Shown: positions 23,811-37,310, counted from the first letter of the whole stretch. The stretch: DNA of 63,777 bases, filler included, from Dimorphilus gyrociliatus (GCA_904063045.1; 4 parts of 4 records of this genome joined end to end with filler, not necessarily neighbours in it); one strand, 5' to 3'. Translations and numbers: made by a program. Notes: generated from the sequence alone by a model not told the origin.

Positions 23811-24345
23811 CTAGACAATTTGGTGGACATTCAATGCATTGATTGTTGGCATTTATTTGATACATTTCTATTATTTCTACATGTTGTCATATCTTCTTCT
23901 CTGGCTCTACTATGTTCTTATAGATCTCTTGGTGGGCATTCAGCTACAAATCATAAGAGGAAAAAGCTGCATTCTCAGTATTTAACCTTTCAGCAATCCC
24001 CCAAACTTCAACTACTCCACTAAAGTTATTAGTCCCCAAACCATTACTCCACCACTGTCCATATTTTTTGTAACCCTAAAGTCTTCATTGTCAAAATTAG
24101 TAAAAAATATTTTGCATATGGCCTTGATTGAAAATATTAACTGCGAACCTGTATTTCTCGAGATTTTTAATCAAAACTGGATTTTTCTATAGAATGTAAG
24201 TGGTTCTATCAATAACCACTAACCACAAATAAAGAAAGAACTATAACCACAATCTTATTGTAAAATGGCGCTGTAATATGTTTCTATCAACCATGACGAA
24301 AATTTTAAATATTGTAATTTGACAAGTGACTATATTGGATATAAG

Positions 24346-26321
24346 ATGAATCCTTACGAAAACAATCAGAGTACAAAGTATATATCATTTATTATCAATA
24401 AGGAGATACTTACAACTTCATTGGAATCTGATTATGTATTCTTAATGCTTTGTAATCACCTGGTTCAGAATAAAATTGATAATTGTTATAAAGAGTCTCT
24501 AGTTGAAAAGTTTAAAAAGCAAAAAGCCGAAGCCATTGATGATGTTATAAATCTTCTGAAGACTTTCGATTTAAAAGATACAGTTCTAATCCTGGGAGAA
24601 AATCGATCACTAATGGAAATAGCCAAACTTCTCGGAGATAGCAAAGCAATCTGGACAAAATTGATTTCGGATACGAAAGAAGAGAGAAAAAAAGATTTTA
24701 CAGATACTCCAATTTTACCATTCACTCCTAAAGAAAAAGTAAACCTTTCAGACATTGTAACATCTATTAATATATTGGAGGTTTCAGACACTCATATTCT
24801 CGACACCCAACTCCAGGAAACTGACTACAACTACGAGAATTTCTACAAGATATTTTACAGAGGATATAATAAGATTTTAATTCAAGGTAAACCTGGAATG
24901 GGCAAAAGTATCCATGTTAAACATCTACTCTTTACATGGGCAAGTCAGAAATGGGTGAATGTTAGTGAAAAATTATGCTTGTTTATCATTTTAAGAAATG
25001 TTAAAAAGGAGAGAAATCTTTACGAAGAAATAATTGAACAGAATTTTAAAGATATTCCATTTATGAATGAAACTATAATTGAATTGATTTTCTCAGAGAA
25101 GAGACAAGATGTCATTCTGTTCCTGGATGGAGCCGATGAGTTTCACCTACAAGATCATAAGATAAATACTCTAATAGAAAAACCTAATTGCAATATCCAA
25201 ACTGCAATATGGACAAGGAATTGGAGAGCTAAAGAGATTAAAACTGCATTTGATATATCATTCGAACTAACAGGATGGAATATTGACCAACTGGAATATT
25301 TCTTTCGAAAGTGTCTCAAAAATGAACAAACTGAATTGAGTAATAATTTTATTGAGAATATTGTAAAACAAAATGAAAATATAGAGAATTTATGTCAAAT
25401 TCCATTATTAGCAATGATTATTTTTCACGTATGGAAAGAAAAGACCAATATTATGGACAAAACAACATTTCAAATATATCAAGATTTAATTGATATTATA
25501 CATGAAAAGAATACAAAACTCAAAACTCAATTTAATTTTGATATAGAAGAATTTCATCAACTTTGCTTTAAAAATCTTTCCAACAGTAAAATTCTCATTG
25601 ATAAGAATTGGATGAATGGAGAATTTATTGAAAATTTGAAAGGCTTTTTTCAAATAATCTCATTTTCAAATGATTTATTTGAATTGCAATTTTTTCATTT
25701 ATCATTTCAAGAATTCTTTGCAGCTAAATTTCTTATTAAAGAATTTCAAAATTTTGGTATAAAAGAAAAATTAAAACTAAAAGTTACATTAACTAATTCA
25801 AAAATTGAAAATTTAAATAAATTGCTAAATGAAATGAATAACTTCAAAATTTTTAATGTTATGGAATTCGTAAAACAACAGTGTGATAGAACTACTTGGA
25901 AATATTATCAATTGGAAATAAACATTTTGGGCAGGAAGGAAGAAATGAATTTTTTAAAATGATTAAAAATAAACAAAATAGAAAAATCTTTCAAAAACTT
26001 TTAATTAAAAATTGCAAAATCTTGAATATTGATAGAGAATTTTTTGATAATTTTAATCAATGTATTTCTTATGAAAATGAAGAACAAAAACTAAAAACTG
26101 CTGTCATCAATTATGAGTTTCTCCCAAATCAATTCATTGTAGAATGTATAAATTTTCAAAATGAAATAATATGGTTCTATGAAAGTTTAAAATCAGAATC
26201 TATTTATAGTAATCAACCTTTAACATTCTTTGATGGGAATACTTCAAATACAACTATTAGAATTAATATTGTAGAATATCTTGGAAGTCGACAAAGTATG
26301 GAAAATATTCTCCTTTTGTGA
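24346..26321 (+). CDS. NACHT-domain (NLR-like) NTPase with helical N-terminal domain; probable frameshift near 25900
   Basis: Walker A GKPGMGKS, Walker B ILFLDGADE, IWTR, QIPLLAMI, FFHLSFQEFFAAKFL. ORF 25896-26321 overlaps in the -1 frame. Confidence 0.8.
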
Positions 26322-28163
26322 GCAATCATGTTTATTTCTTTAATATAAAAATAAACAATTTGTAAATAATAAGAAGTGGTAAATTTGAGGAATGTACATA
26401 CTTTTTAATAACTAAAATGCAGAGAAAGAAATAACAACTTTTAACAAAAATTTAAATGAACAAGTCTATCCAATAATTCATCCAAACTCAATTCTCTTTC
26501 TTCAAATATAAAAGTTTTTCTTCTTGCTATTCATCAGAACATAGACCAATGGAACTTGTTGACATTAATCATATTTTTTCAAGAATCCATGAATTGAAAG
26601 ATTTGATAAAATGGGGATGCGACAGAAAACGTCCACAAATTGGTGCTTTTACCCTAACCCTAACCCAGCCCTTAGCTGTAACCCTTTATCAAGTGAGTTT
26701 GAAATATCACAGTACAATTGCCCAGACTGATTATTGACAGGCTTGATATACCCATAATTGCTTTGATAGAACAGATGAAATTTGCTCAGAACCCAGCAGT
26801 CTAATGAAAGAGTTTGAAAAGAGTTTGAGATGATAATTTCAGCTCTGCTTAGACTTTTTGATTCTCTATATTTCTTCCACAGAGTGCAATGAGAAAAATC
26901 AGTTTTATTGCAAATTTAATCTGGATGAAAAGTGTGACGAGATATTCTGCTCACTGAGGAAACTTACTAAAATACAGCAATGCAGCCAAACTTCAAAAGT
27001 GGAAATTATTTGCAATTTCAAAAAACTGAGCAATAAAGTTGATATGAACAAGGAAACTGGGGAGTATCTACAATCCTTAAAGAGAATAAAAGTGATTGGG
27101 TCACCTCCAAACAACTTTTTACAAACTCTTGCAATATATCAACATTTCCCACAATTCAATCAGTTCCTTATCATTTATATCGAAACACTTGAATTGCAGT
27201 CATTTGTTTTTTCTAGACATTTCTCATACAAATATTCAAATGATCAATTATATGGATTAAAACACATTAACGGAACTAAAAGTGTTTAAATTTGTGAATT
27301 GTCCTATCAAAACTATAGAAAAAAACTCTTTTAGTCAGTGAGATTGTTTTCACTGACACAGCTCTGACTATGAACCAGTGGAAGAATATCCTGCTGGAAG
27401 AAGGTCACTTTGAGAATGTTGGAAGTAATCATTTTCTATTTTGTTGCTTGGCTTGGAAGCTTTTTGGTAAAAATGTTGGATGCAAACCATCTTCAGAAAT
27501 TCTTTTCAATTGTGAAAAATTATTAAATTCTTATACAACTAAAATTTCCTTTTGGTCCTTTGGGATAATTGGCATTTTTGCAAATGTTCTTTCATGACTA
27601 TGTGATTGAAATGTAATGAATTGAGCATGATTTTATATCATACAGGTATTACCACATTGGTCCAGTTGAGACAATTTAGCAATTAGATGATTATTATATT
27701 TGTTTCAACATTGCTACCAATAAATAGTGTTTTAAATCCAATTATTATGTTACTTGGTGAAATTAAAGAGAATGTTTAAAATTCCCAAAGATTGAGGAGA
27801 GGTGACTTTGAACAAAAATGTTTTCTATGCTTTTAATAATATTCTGCTCTCATAAAGATGAAACAGATTAGAAACTGCTGCAAAAAGCTCTTTTTTTGAA
27901 TGTTTGTTATCAATATAGATTTATAATTAAATTTTCAATAATTTCTAACAGTTTCAAGCTTTTTTATGAAATTGGAAAATAATGTTTGTCTTTTTGACAA
28001 ATCTGATGATGAATCTAAATGTAATATGATTATATCTTAATCATCATTACTTTACTTTTCTTATAATGTAACATTTTACAATTAGCACCTAAATACATTT
28101 CCATAAGTTTGATAAGTTCAGGTTAACATAAAAATTTATCAATAACTTTATTTAAATATACAT

Positions 28164-28394
28164 TTATAATATACATTCAGCAATCATATCTTCAGAGAGT
28201 TGACATCTTTTAAATGTTAGTGTTTCCAAATTACAAAATTTATCTGGGATATTACCAAATAAATTTCTCCCAATATTCCCACTGAGATTACATACTGATA
28301 AACAAGCCCAATGGACTTTATGATGACAAAGTGAACAAACACCTTGCTTCAGCTTGTTAATCTTTTTCTTACATCCAAAACAATATGGTAGCAT
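28164..28394 (-). CDS. Short ORF with an incomplete PHD/zinc-finger-like Cys/His pattern
   Basis: CFGC-x11-CSLC-x4-H-x2-C spacing. Confidence 0.3.
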   Translation of the reverse strand: MLPYCFGCKKKINKLKQGVCSLCHHKVHWACLSVCNLSGNIGRNLFGNIPDKFCNLETLTFKRCQLSEDMIAECIL

Positions 28395-28587
28395 TGTGGC
28401 AAAAATCTCCTTTGAGCTGCTTTAACCTATTGGCAGGAATTTAAAAATAGTGCAAAATATTCAACCTCTTAGGAAAAACTGGTGGACAATTTAATAATTT
28501 TTCATCCAGTATTTACCAACTAATAGAAAAAAATTTTAAATTAACTTAATCTATTAAATTTATGAGTATTGTATATTTCAAAATTTT

Positions 28588-28685
28588 GTGGCCATTTTCT
28601 GTCTCAGTTGGGGCCATTTTCTGTTCCAATTGGGGCTGTTTTCTGTTCCAGTTGTGGCCATTTTTTGTTGGGTCCATTTTCTGTT
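28588..28685 (+). repeat. 22-bp tandem repeat (G(G/T)GGCCATTTTCTGTTCCAGTT), three copies plus two partial
   Basis: Units visible directly in the sequence. Confidence 0.75.
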
Positions 28686-29549
28686 GATCCCTGTTTACTC
28701 TATACATGCTATTTTATCATAAAAACAAGGAACTGTTGAAATTTTAATATTTAGAAAATTTCATACTAAAAGATTTTTTAAATGTGAAAAATTTAATATT
28801 TTCATTCCTTTGGATATAGTTTGCAATTAATTCATTGATTGCTCAGATGGCAGTGATGAACTTGAATGTTCAATTGTTCAGTTCAACATTTCCTGTGATT
28901 TGCACATTAAAAGTAAATCAATCATTTGTAATAATACAAATAAACATTTGACACTTCAATTTCCTGACAAGATACAAAGTTTACATTACAAAACTTTAAT
29001 TATAAATTATGCAATAATTGCTTCACAAAATACTTCAATGTTTTAAAATATTTATAAAAGTAGTCCTCAAAAATATTGGTGCCCCCTAAATTTTGATAGG
29101 CCAAACAATAAAAATCTTTTTCACAGGGAAAAAAGATTTTTTTTTGTCTTAATTACTAGATTAAACATAGATATATTTATATGAATATCTTTGAAATAAA
29201 GTTTGGGTAAGTTTTTATATAATTTTTTCGGTTTTATATAATATATTGTTTTATTGATATTTTTTCTTATTTGGAGCAAGGGGTTTAATGCTCAATTTTT
29301 GTCTATTTTTCTATGCACCCACCATCTTTTTCTAAACACTTGCTCACTCTATGCCCCATTCCCCTGTGTAAATTTGGTATCAAGTCTGGTTGTCTTTTTA
29401 AAGTGAAATACCCTACCAAAACTGGAAAATCTGAGGAGATTACCTAATATCAATAAGCATAAATCAATGCCAAAAGAACCAAATGAAATCAATTTTGAAA
29501 TTAATACAATATTTATACCAGATAATTTTCTTCAAAGTGATATTGCTGT

Positions 29550-30129
29550 TGTACTGCTCTTGCTGGCAAAATCCATGCATTTGCAAGTTATAGCAATACT
29601 GGTTCTACTCGAACCTTTTAAACAAATGTTTAAATTAAAATGGTTTATTCACAATAATAATACTTAAGCAAGTAACAATATGAGAGTTCAATAGCAGAGT
29701 AGATAGTTCGTAATAGCTGGTTGCCAAATTACCAAACTGTCTTCCAATGTTGAGGAGTAGATAGATGGTTCCAGTGGAAGTTGTTTCCAGATGATCTTCC
29801 CAGGTCCTGGGGTCCAGATGGAAGCTGCATGCAGAATGAGAATAGTGAGGATTTATATACTTTGAGGTTTGCCTCTGACATCCAATCATCACTTTACAGT
29901 TGCCGAAATGTGTAGTTCATATTTATCTTTAGTAAGAGGATGTTACAAGGTTGAACATTTAGGAAGGTTAATTGAATTATAACTTGGCCACACCCTAGGC
30001 AAGTTAATTAAATTATAACTTGGCCAAACCTTTATTGGTAATTAAAGATTGAGCCTTCAAGCTGACTAATCAGACTTATGTTTGGCCAATGTTATAGCAT
30101 TTTCTTGTGTAGGTTTTAGGATGTACATG
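29550..30129 (-). mobile_element. Near-complete solo LTR of the 38226-43212 family
   Basis: Colinear with 38226-38805; lacks about 55 nt of the LTR 5' end; no TSD found. Confidence 0.88.
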
Positions 30130-30939
30130 CACAGAAGAATAAATGAAAAGATTCCTGCAAGAGGGTCATTTTATATGCTCATAGATATTTTAAAACATCA
30201 AGTCTTATTCTAGTTGCAGAGAAAAAAGCCTAAAAAAGTATCAGAACAAAAGTGCCATCCAGATGCAGAACCAAGTATTTGCTGTTTGGGATGAATACAA
30301 ATTGGCCATTATTACATCTGCTGTCCTCATGAAGAAGATTCCATCAATCTATTCAAAATTTATTCTTAGTGACTTATCATACTTTGTTTGTATTCTAGTA
30401 ACTTTCAACCTTTGTACAAATTTCATAGCTCTTTACATTTTTAATACATTTTTAAAAAGATATATATATTTTTAATATCATATTCTCAGTATATTATGAT
30501 TAGTTAAAAAATAGAGAATGTGCAGTTAGATATAAGGGTACATTAGAAAGACTTCTATTTTATAGGAATTAGACTGGTGCAACTATAGAAATAATTATAT
30601 TTCGTAGGAATTATAGTGGTGGAACTTTAGAAAGACTTTTATTTTGTAGAGTTAGCTTTTAGCACTTTAGAAAGAACTCTATTTCGTAAGAAATAGACTC
30701 TTTGACTGTAACAGATGGTTGCCTACTTGGGAATTAACAAAGGAACAAAGAACATGGAAAAGATGCAGGTCAAACACCAGATGCTGATGAGACAGGCCTG
30801 TTTGCTGTGGCACATGTTTGGCATGTGGCCCTAATCTTAGGATTATATTTTATATGTGTGATATAACAGTCTTTCATATTTTTGGTACATGAGAATTATG
30901 AGACCATCAGATTTCAGCTTTGTAATCCTTTGACCACTT

Positions 30940-31262
30940 GAACCCAAGCTTTGGAAAATGTATAAAAGGAAATGCATTTCCTCAGCTTGTCAGTTCAGTT
31001 CTTTAACTGTTAACTGGTTGTTTAAACTTACTTGTTTAGAACTAGAAACTCATTTACTCAACGCATATTCTTTGGACGAAATACTGGTATTTTGTTAATT
31101 AATTCCTACTGAAATTACATTTATTAAACTACTTGTGGACGAACTTGAAAGGTTCTATTTGGACCAGGACTTTGGTAAATTGGCAAATGATTGGAAAGGA
31201 CCAAATTAGTGGTGATGAACCAGAAACTCCTACAATTACTATACAACAAAGTACAGCATTCT
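30940..31262 (+). repeat. Unclassified dispersed repeat that truncates the second NACHT gene
   Basis: Inverted homology to 33415-33715 and partial homology to 23636-23810 and about 36415-36440. Confidence 0.7.
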
Positions 31263-32459
31263 TTAAATTCTTCTGTTGTATTTTGTTAATCAAGTATTGG
31301 TATATTTGAAATGGAGTTTTGTAAAAAAAATTCCCATTTTCTTGCCATATTTCATAAAAAAGTATTGCCAATGATGGACCTCTACAAAAATGTTGTATTT
31401 TTGAATATTTACTAACAGTATTTTCAATGAAATCTACAGCTTTTATTTGATTTGGAGCAAACTTTTGAAAGAAAATTTTTAATTGACTATCATTCCAAAC
31501 TGTTATTTCAAATGCAAAATCACATGTTGTTATAATTTGTTGCTCTTTTTCTTTTCTCATCCAAATGGCAGTGGTAAAATCATATTTAGGTTCCTTGATT
31601 AATTCATTTAGTGTCTGGGTTGAAAAATTAAGTTCATCATCTACATCTAGTAATAAAACAATATCTTTTTTTCGTTCTTTAAATAATAATTCAATAATAT
31701 TTGTATTGATATATTCAAAATTTTTAAAATTTTGTTTATATATTTCTTCAAAAATTGTTGTTTGTTGTTGAATATTTCTCATGATCATGAATATACATAA
31801 TTTTTCTTCATCAATATTCCATTTATCATTTGCCCACAAATCAATTAAATATTTTATGTGAACACTTTTCCCTACTCCTGCCTCTCCTTGAATTAATATC
31901 TTCTTGAAGTCTTCATAAAATATTTTAAAGAATTGTTTATAGGAAATATCAGTATTGAATTTTTTTGAATTAGAAATATCTTTTTGAAAAATTTTTGATA
32001 TTTCAATAGATTTAACAAGGTCGCTGTATTTAATTTCTTAGTCTCATCAAAAGCTATAAGTGAAACTGAAGTAAATTCTTCTTTTTGCTGTAGTTTTGTA
32101 TCATTAAATAGCATTTTCCATTCAAATTCTTTTGTATGATAAATTAACTCTTTCCATACATTTTTAAATTCTGGAATACTTGACTGATTTTTCACTTCTT
32201 TGCAAGTATCATCTAGTTTCCACAGAATTTCAATAAAATCTGGGAAATTAAGGTTGTTTAGACTGTTGATGACCTCTTTAATAGCTTCTTTTTTGTGTGT
32301 TGTGTATTGATAATCCAGTGTATCTTTCCAGTCGCTACTAATAAAATCTTTTTTAACCAAATACAAGCAAATTTGTTGGAAAAGTATTGATGATTGGTTA
32401 AATAATAATTGAAGTTTTTTAAAAGAATATTCAATGCACAATTTGTGTCTAAAATCCAT
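31262..32459 (-). pseudogene. Second NACHT paralogue, frameshifted and 3'-truncated
   Basis: N-terminal ORF 31893-32459 (KKEAIKEVINSL, like KAEAIDDVINLL in NACHT1). A -1 shift gives FYEDFKKILIQGEAGVGKSVHIK...LCIFMIMRN...IVLLLDVDDE...TAIWMR. Homology stops at QIYQYLINKIQQK. Confidence 0.8.
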
Positions 32460-33224
32460 TTTTTTTAAAAAATGTATTTAAACTTTTTCTGTATTATATT
32501 TTGTTTGGTTCAAACAATAGAAAACTGTTAAGAATGAAATAATATTTCACATATAATTTTGGAATAATTGTCTTGGTTGTGTTTCTGAAACTGAAACTAA
32601 AATCTCACCTTGCCAATGCAAAATTCTCCACCTGAATAAACAAGCTGAGGACTCTGATATAGGTTATTGACTATTATACAGACAGGTTCCAATTCAGATG
32701 AAAAATGGCTTATGCCAAATAATATTAAATAATAGCTAGGCCTCATTCAAAAGGGATGAATGGTAATTAGTAAAATGTTAAGATAAAATTATCAAGTCAT
32801 AATTAGTTTCCAATTAGTTCTCTTTTTTTATTCAATTGGAGAATATTCAAACACTCTTTTTTCCCCTTTTCATGACACTGAATGATGTTGTTCTATTTTC
32901 TTCTAAAGTTTTATATGAAAATCATATCTTAGTGTTCAGTTTTTTTAGCCTCACCCTCTCTTTCAGAATTTAGACTGGTTGCACTAACCTTCAATTAAGA
33001 GTAGGGTTAAAATCAAAGATAAATATTTTATTGAATACCCCAGTAAATATCAAGTATATTCATTATTGCTTGCCTAAAGCAGGGAAAATCTAATAAGTCT
33101 ATTTATGTGTACTATTTTAACTTTTAAATTTTATTTCCTTAACAACTGTTATAACCACTATTATAACCACTATTATAACCAACAATAATTCTTCATCAGT
33201 TTGAGAGATAATGATTGGAATGAA

Positions 33225-33385
33225 CAGTGAGGATTTATATATACTTTGAGGGTTGCCTCTTATATCCAGCCCTTGCAATCATACAACTGCTGAACTGTTT
33301 AGTTTATATTGATCTTCAGTGAAAGGCTGCTGCAAAGTTCCACATTTAAGATTTCTAATAGACTTTTAGCTTGGCCAAACCTTAA
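33225..33385 (-). mobile_element. Degenerate LTR fragment of the same family
   Basis: GTGAGGATTTATATATACTTTGAGG...GCCTCT...TTGGCCAAACCTT matches the LTR interior. Confidence 0.55.
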
Positions 33386-33414
33386 CTAGAAATTACAGAT
33401 CAATCTTCAGTGTA

Positions 33415-33715
33415 CTTTGTTGTATTTTAATTGTAGAGGTTCCTAATTCTTCAAAATCGAAGTCTTCCTCTCCAATCATTTACCAATATGCCAAAGTACT
33501 GGTCCAAATAGAACCTTCCAAGTTCATCCACAAGCAACCTCAATAAATGAAATTTTACTAGAAATTTTACCAACAAAACACCAGTATTTCATTCAAAGAA
33601 TATTTTATTGAGTAAATGAGTTTCTAGTTCTAAACAAGCAAGTTTAAGCAACCAGCTGACAGTTAGAGAACTGAACTGTCTACTTTTGAATTTGTAGGGT
33701 TTTTATACTTTTCCA
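33415..33715 (-). repeat. Unclassified dispersed repeat, inverted copy
   Basis: Reverse complement aligns with 30960-31260 (CTAGAAACTCATTTACTCAA, GGTTCTATTTGGACCAG). Confidence 0.7.
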
Positions 33716-34187
33716 ATAGTTGACAGTTCACAGATAAAAATATGCACACAAACAAATGTAATAATTTGGTTAAAGGAAAAGTTGAAATATACTTCCATAT
33801 TTGTTACTTTTTCTTTATCTTGGAGAACTGCTGCTCCCTATTTTTAGTAGGTTGGAAAGTTGCATAAGATGTAACAATTTTGGTCAGAGTTGGATTGATT
33901 CAAAAACACAAAAATAGACAAAGGTCAACTTTACTGCTGTTCTAATATACCACAAATTATTAATAATAATTGTTTGTGTAACATAATATGTTCTAGTGTA
34001 AAAGAGTGATAGGGTCAAACTAAATACACTTAATCATGCAAAACAGTATTGTGCATACAATATTGTTGAAAGTGACAATAATCTACATACTCCAAATGTA
34101 AGTAAAATAGCACACAACTAATGTTCATTGAATATTATGTGTATAATAATTAGGCCTAATATTTCAGGCATGTTAAATACAAAAATA

Positions 34188-36064
34188 CAAAATTTATGTG
34201 TTTGCAAGTTATAACAATACTGGTTCTACTCGAACCTTTAAACAAATGTTTAAATTAAAACAGTTTATTCGCAATAATAATACTTAAGCAAGTAACAATA
34301 TGAGAGTTCAATAGGAGAGTAGATAGTTTGTAATAGTCAGTTGCCAAATAACCAAACTGTCTTCCAATGTTGAGGAGTAGATGGATGGTTCCAGTGGAGG
34401 TTGTTTCCAGATGATTTTCCCAGGTCCTTGGGTCCAGATGGAAGCTACAGGCCAAATGAGAATAGTGAGGGTTTATATACTTTGAGGTTTGCCTCTGACA
34501 TCCAATCATCACTTTACAGTTGCCGAAATGTGTAGTTCATATTTATCTTTAGTAAGAGGATGTTACAAGGTTGAACATTTAGGAAGGTTAATTGAATTAT
34601 AACTTGGCCAAACCTTTATTGGTAATTAAAGATGAGCTTTCAAGCTGACTAATCAGACTTATGTTTGGCCAATGTTATAGCATTTTCTTGCGTAGGTTTT
34701 AAGATGTACATGTATAAGTTGCATCAAATAATACAGTTCAAGCATGTAAAATATAACCAAAGTTGTACAACTTCCCCCTTCTTTGTGAAGATGAGTCCCT
34801 TCATCTTGATTTAATGAGAATTACAGGTGGTTGTTCTTCTTCATTAGTTTGATGTTGACTAAAGCTACAACTTTGTTTTATTAGTTTTGGGTTTTCAGGA
34901 GAGTTATCTGTGCCCTCACTTGGGGTAGCAGTTTCTTCTCTTTGTTTTCTTCTTCCAATAATATAGTTGAAAATGATGATACATACCATTGACACTACAA
35001 TACTCAAACAAATATTTCGTATGATAACATAAAGTGTTTTCTCAGGTTTATAGTACCAACTATGGAAAAACTGCTTAATTCCAGATAAATTGGGTACAAT
35101 GCCATTTTTCTCTGCAACAGTGACCATGTTATCATACCTTGTCTGCTTCTGTTCCAGTGAACTGATAACTTGCTTAATTTTTGAGTGCTGGTATGCAATA
35201 TCCTTCTTTACCCCATGGTGGAGTAGGTCAGCTAATCTGGCAATTTCAATTTTTGGTTCAGAAAGGTGATTGTGAATATTTAACTGCATGGATTTGGCAG
35301 ACACAGTGTGAAATCTGCATCCTCTTTCTGAATAATACACATACATTTTGTCTTTCATTGGTTGGTTTCTTATAGGATTTAATGGGTTGTGAGTTGTTTT
35401 GTAGAATAACTTGTTAGACTTACACTCATTATAGGTAATCTCTTCAGGATTGACTTGCTGTAAAACATGAGTAACTGGTTCTACTTGGAAAAGCAGGTTG
35501 TTCATGGTGACAAGTAAAAATTGAGAACATTTGTTATTCTTTTTTATCATGCTTAAGTCACAAATTACTTCTGTTGAGGCTATTGGTGAACATTGTTTAA
35601 TTATAGCTAATTTTCCCATCTGACTGCTGTGCATTCCCAACTCATTTGTTAACACTGTGGTCAATTGAGGATCCAAATTTGCTAGTAATGCCATCATCCT
35701 GCTTCTTTGAACAAATTGATTGCAGAGAAGACTTGACAGCTGTTGGGTAAACTTTTTTAAATTCTTAAAATTTCAATCAATGCCATGTAGTAAGGTAGAT
35801 GTTTGGGCAGCTTCTCTCATTTCCAGTGGGAATTTGTGGTATGGGTTTTTACTTATATTATGTTTTAGTTTTGCTTCCTTCTTCATCTGCTTTTTAGCGA
35901 TTTGCATGTGTAGAGTAAAATAAATTCCTTCATGGGTAATCTTAAATTCTCTGGCTGGTGGTCCTTTATACCATATGCCCAATGTTGGTAATACCTTCTG
36001 TTTGATTCTTTTCTCACTGTATACACTGTATACATATTTTGAAATTGTAACAGATTGTCTTGTT
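34188..36064 (-). mobile_element. 5'-truncated retrotransposon copy: env C-terminal half + PPT + LTR (34188-34769)
   Basis: Near-identical to about 38245-40146; env remnant has a TCA>TGA nonsense codon at 35773-35775. Confidence 0.92.
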
Positions 36065-36704
36065 TGTAAAAAAAAGTAGTTCCTAACTTCCTGTTGACAG
36101 CTTTCAAAAGTGAATAACCATAATTTGATAATTTGGCTAAGTTATTAGATGTCTGTTAAGAATAAAAATTTTGGTGCAGTGACGTTTCAGCCCAGGACAT
36201 TTTGGCCCATTTTGCAGCATTTGACTTAAGTTTTAATTATAAATACTTAATAAAAAACACAATGAATATGAAATCAATCATAAACTTTTGAATACTAGCT
36301 CCAAGTATGTTTAAGAATGATGATAAAATTTTAAATGGTGTAACCATAATGGATACCAGTTTTCTTTATTTACAAATGTATATTTCTGTACTTTCCTGCT
36401 ATGGGGTTGTAGGTAAGTACTGGTCCAAATAGAACCAAATTAGGAGTCAACCACTTAGAAGAGATGTAGAATTGAATAAAGATGAATATAGAACCAATTT
36501 ATAAGAACAATATAACTGTATTCTAAAGTAATACTAGACCTGTTCACTAAGAGGCTTCATTCAGGACTGAATGCCTGTTACTACCTATGCCCAGTCTTAT
36601 ATACAATTCCTTATCATTTGTTTGTGCCATTGGTGTCAACAACAAGGGTCTAACTCCATATAAGGATTGTTCACAACAAACAGGGTCAAGGGTTATCAAA
36701 ATAC

Positions 36705-37310
36705 TGTACAACTTTCATTCTATTCTATTCTTATTCTATACTACTATTATACATAACTTACTACAAACCGATGCAAGGAAATACAATAACATGTGGCCTA
36801 ACACAGACCTTCTTGGTCATACTTAAGGTTCATCCTAAGTACCACTTAAGTTTTGGCCACATTATGATTGATGAGCTTGTCTAAGGTTTTGACCAAACTA
36901 TGATTAATTAACTTTCTCAAGTGGGGAACTTTGTAACATATTGTTCTAAGGACAAACATGAACTAGGTGAGTTCACAGCTGTAAAGTGGTGATTGGATGC
37001 TAGACAATAATCTTCAAGTACATAACTCCTCACTGCTTTACTCCAATCGGCTAACCTCAACCTGGGAGGATGAACTGGAACCAACACCCACTGGGATCTT
37101 TCTACTTCCTCAACATTGGACACTAGTTTGGTAATTTGGCAACCTACTGTTACCCACTACTTACTCTGCTATTCAACTTTCATATTGTTACTTGCTTAAG
37201 TATTATTTTCAATAAACCACTTGAATTTAAACACTTTGTTTAAAGGTTCGAGTAGAACCAGTACTGTTATAAGTTACAAACGCATAAATTGGCAAGACCA
37301 AAGCAGTACA
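36705..37310 (+). mobile_element. Solo LTR of a diverged sister subfamily with 4-bp TSD
   Basis: Starts TGTACAACTTT, ends GCAGTACA like the main LTR; flanked by ATAC at 36701-36704 and 37311-37314. Confidence 0.88.

Larger units (their letters stand above)
26740..28900 (+). pseudogene. Fragments of an LDLa/LGR (GRL101-like) rhodopsin GPCR
   Basis: GCKPSSEILFNCEKLL...ISFWSFGIIGIFANVL (hinge + TM1, 27478-27597); LLPINSVLNPII (TM7, about 27711-27747); VCLFDKSDDESKC (about 27985-28025); IPLDIVCN*FIDCSDGSDELEC (LDLa, about 28805-28870). TM2-TM6 not found. Confidence 0.6.
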
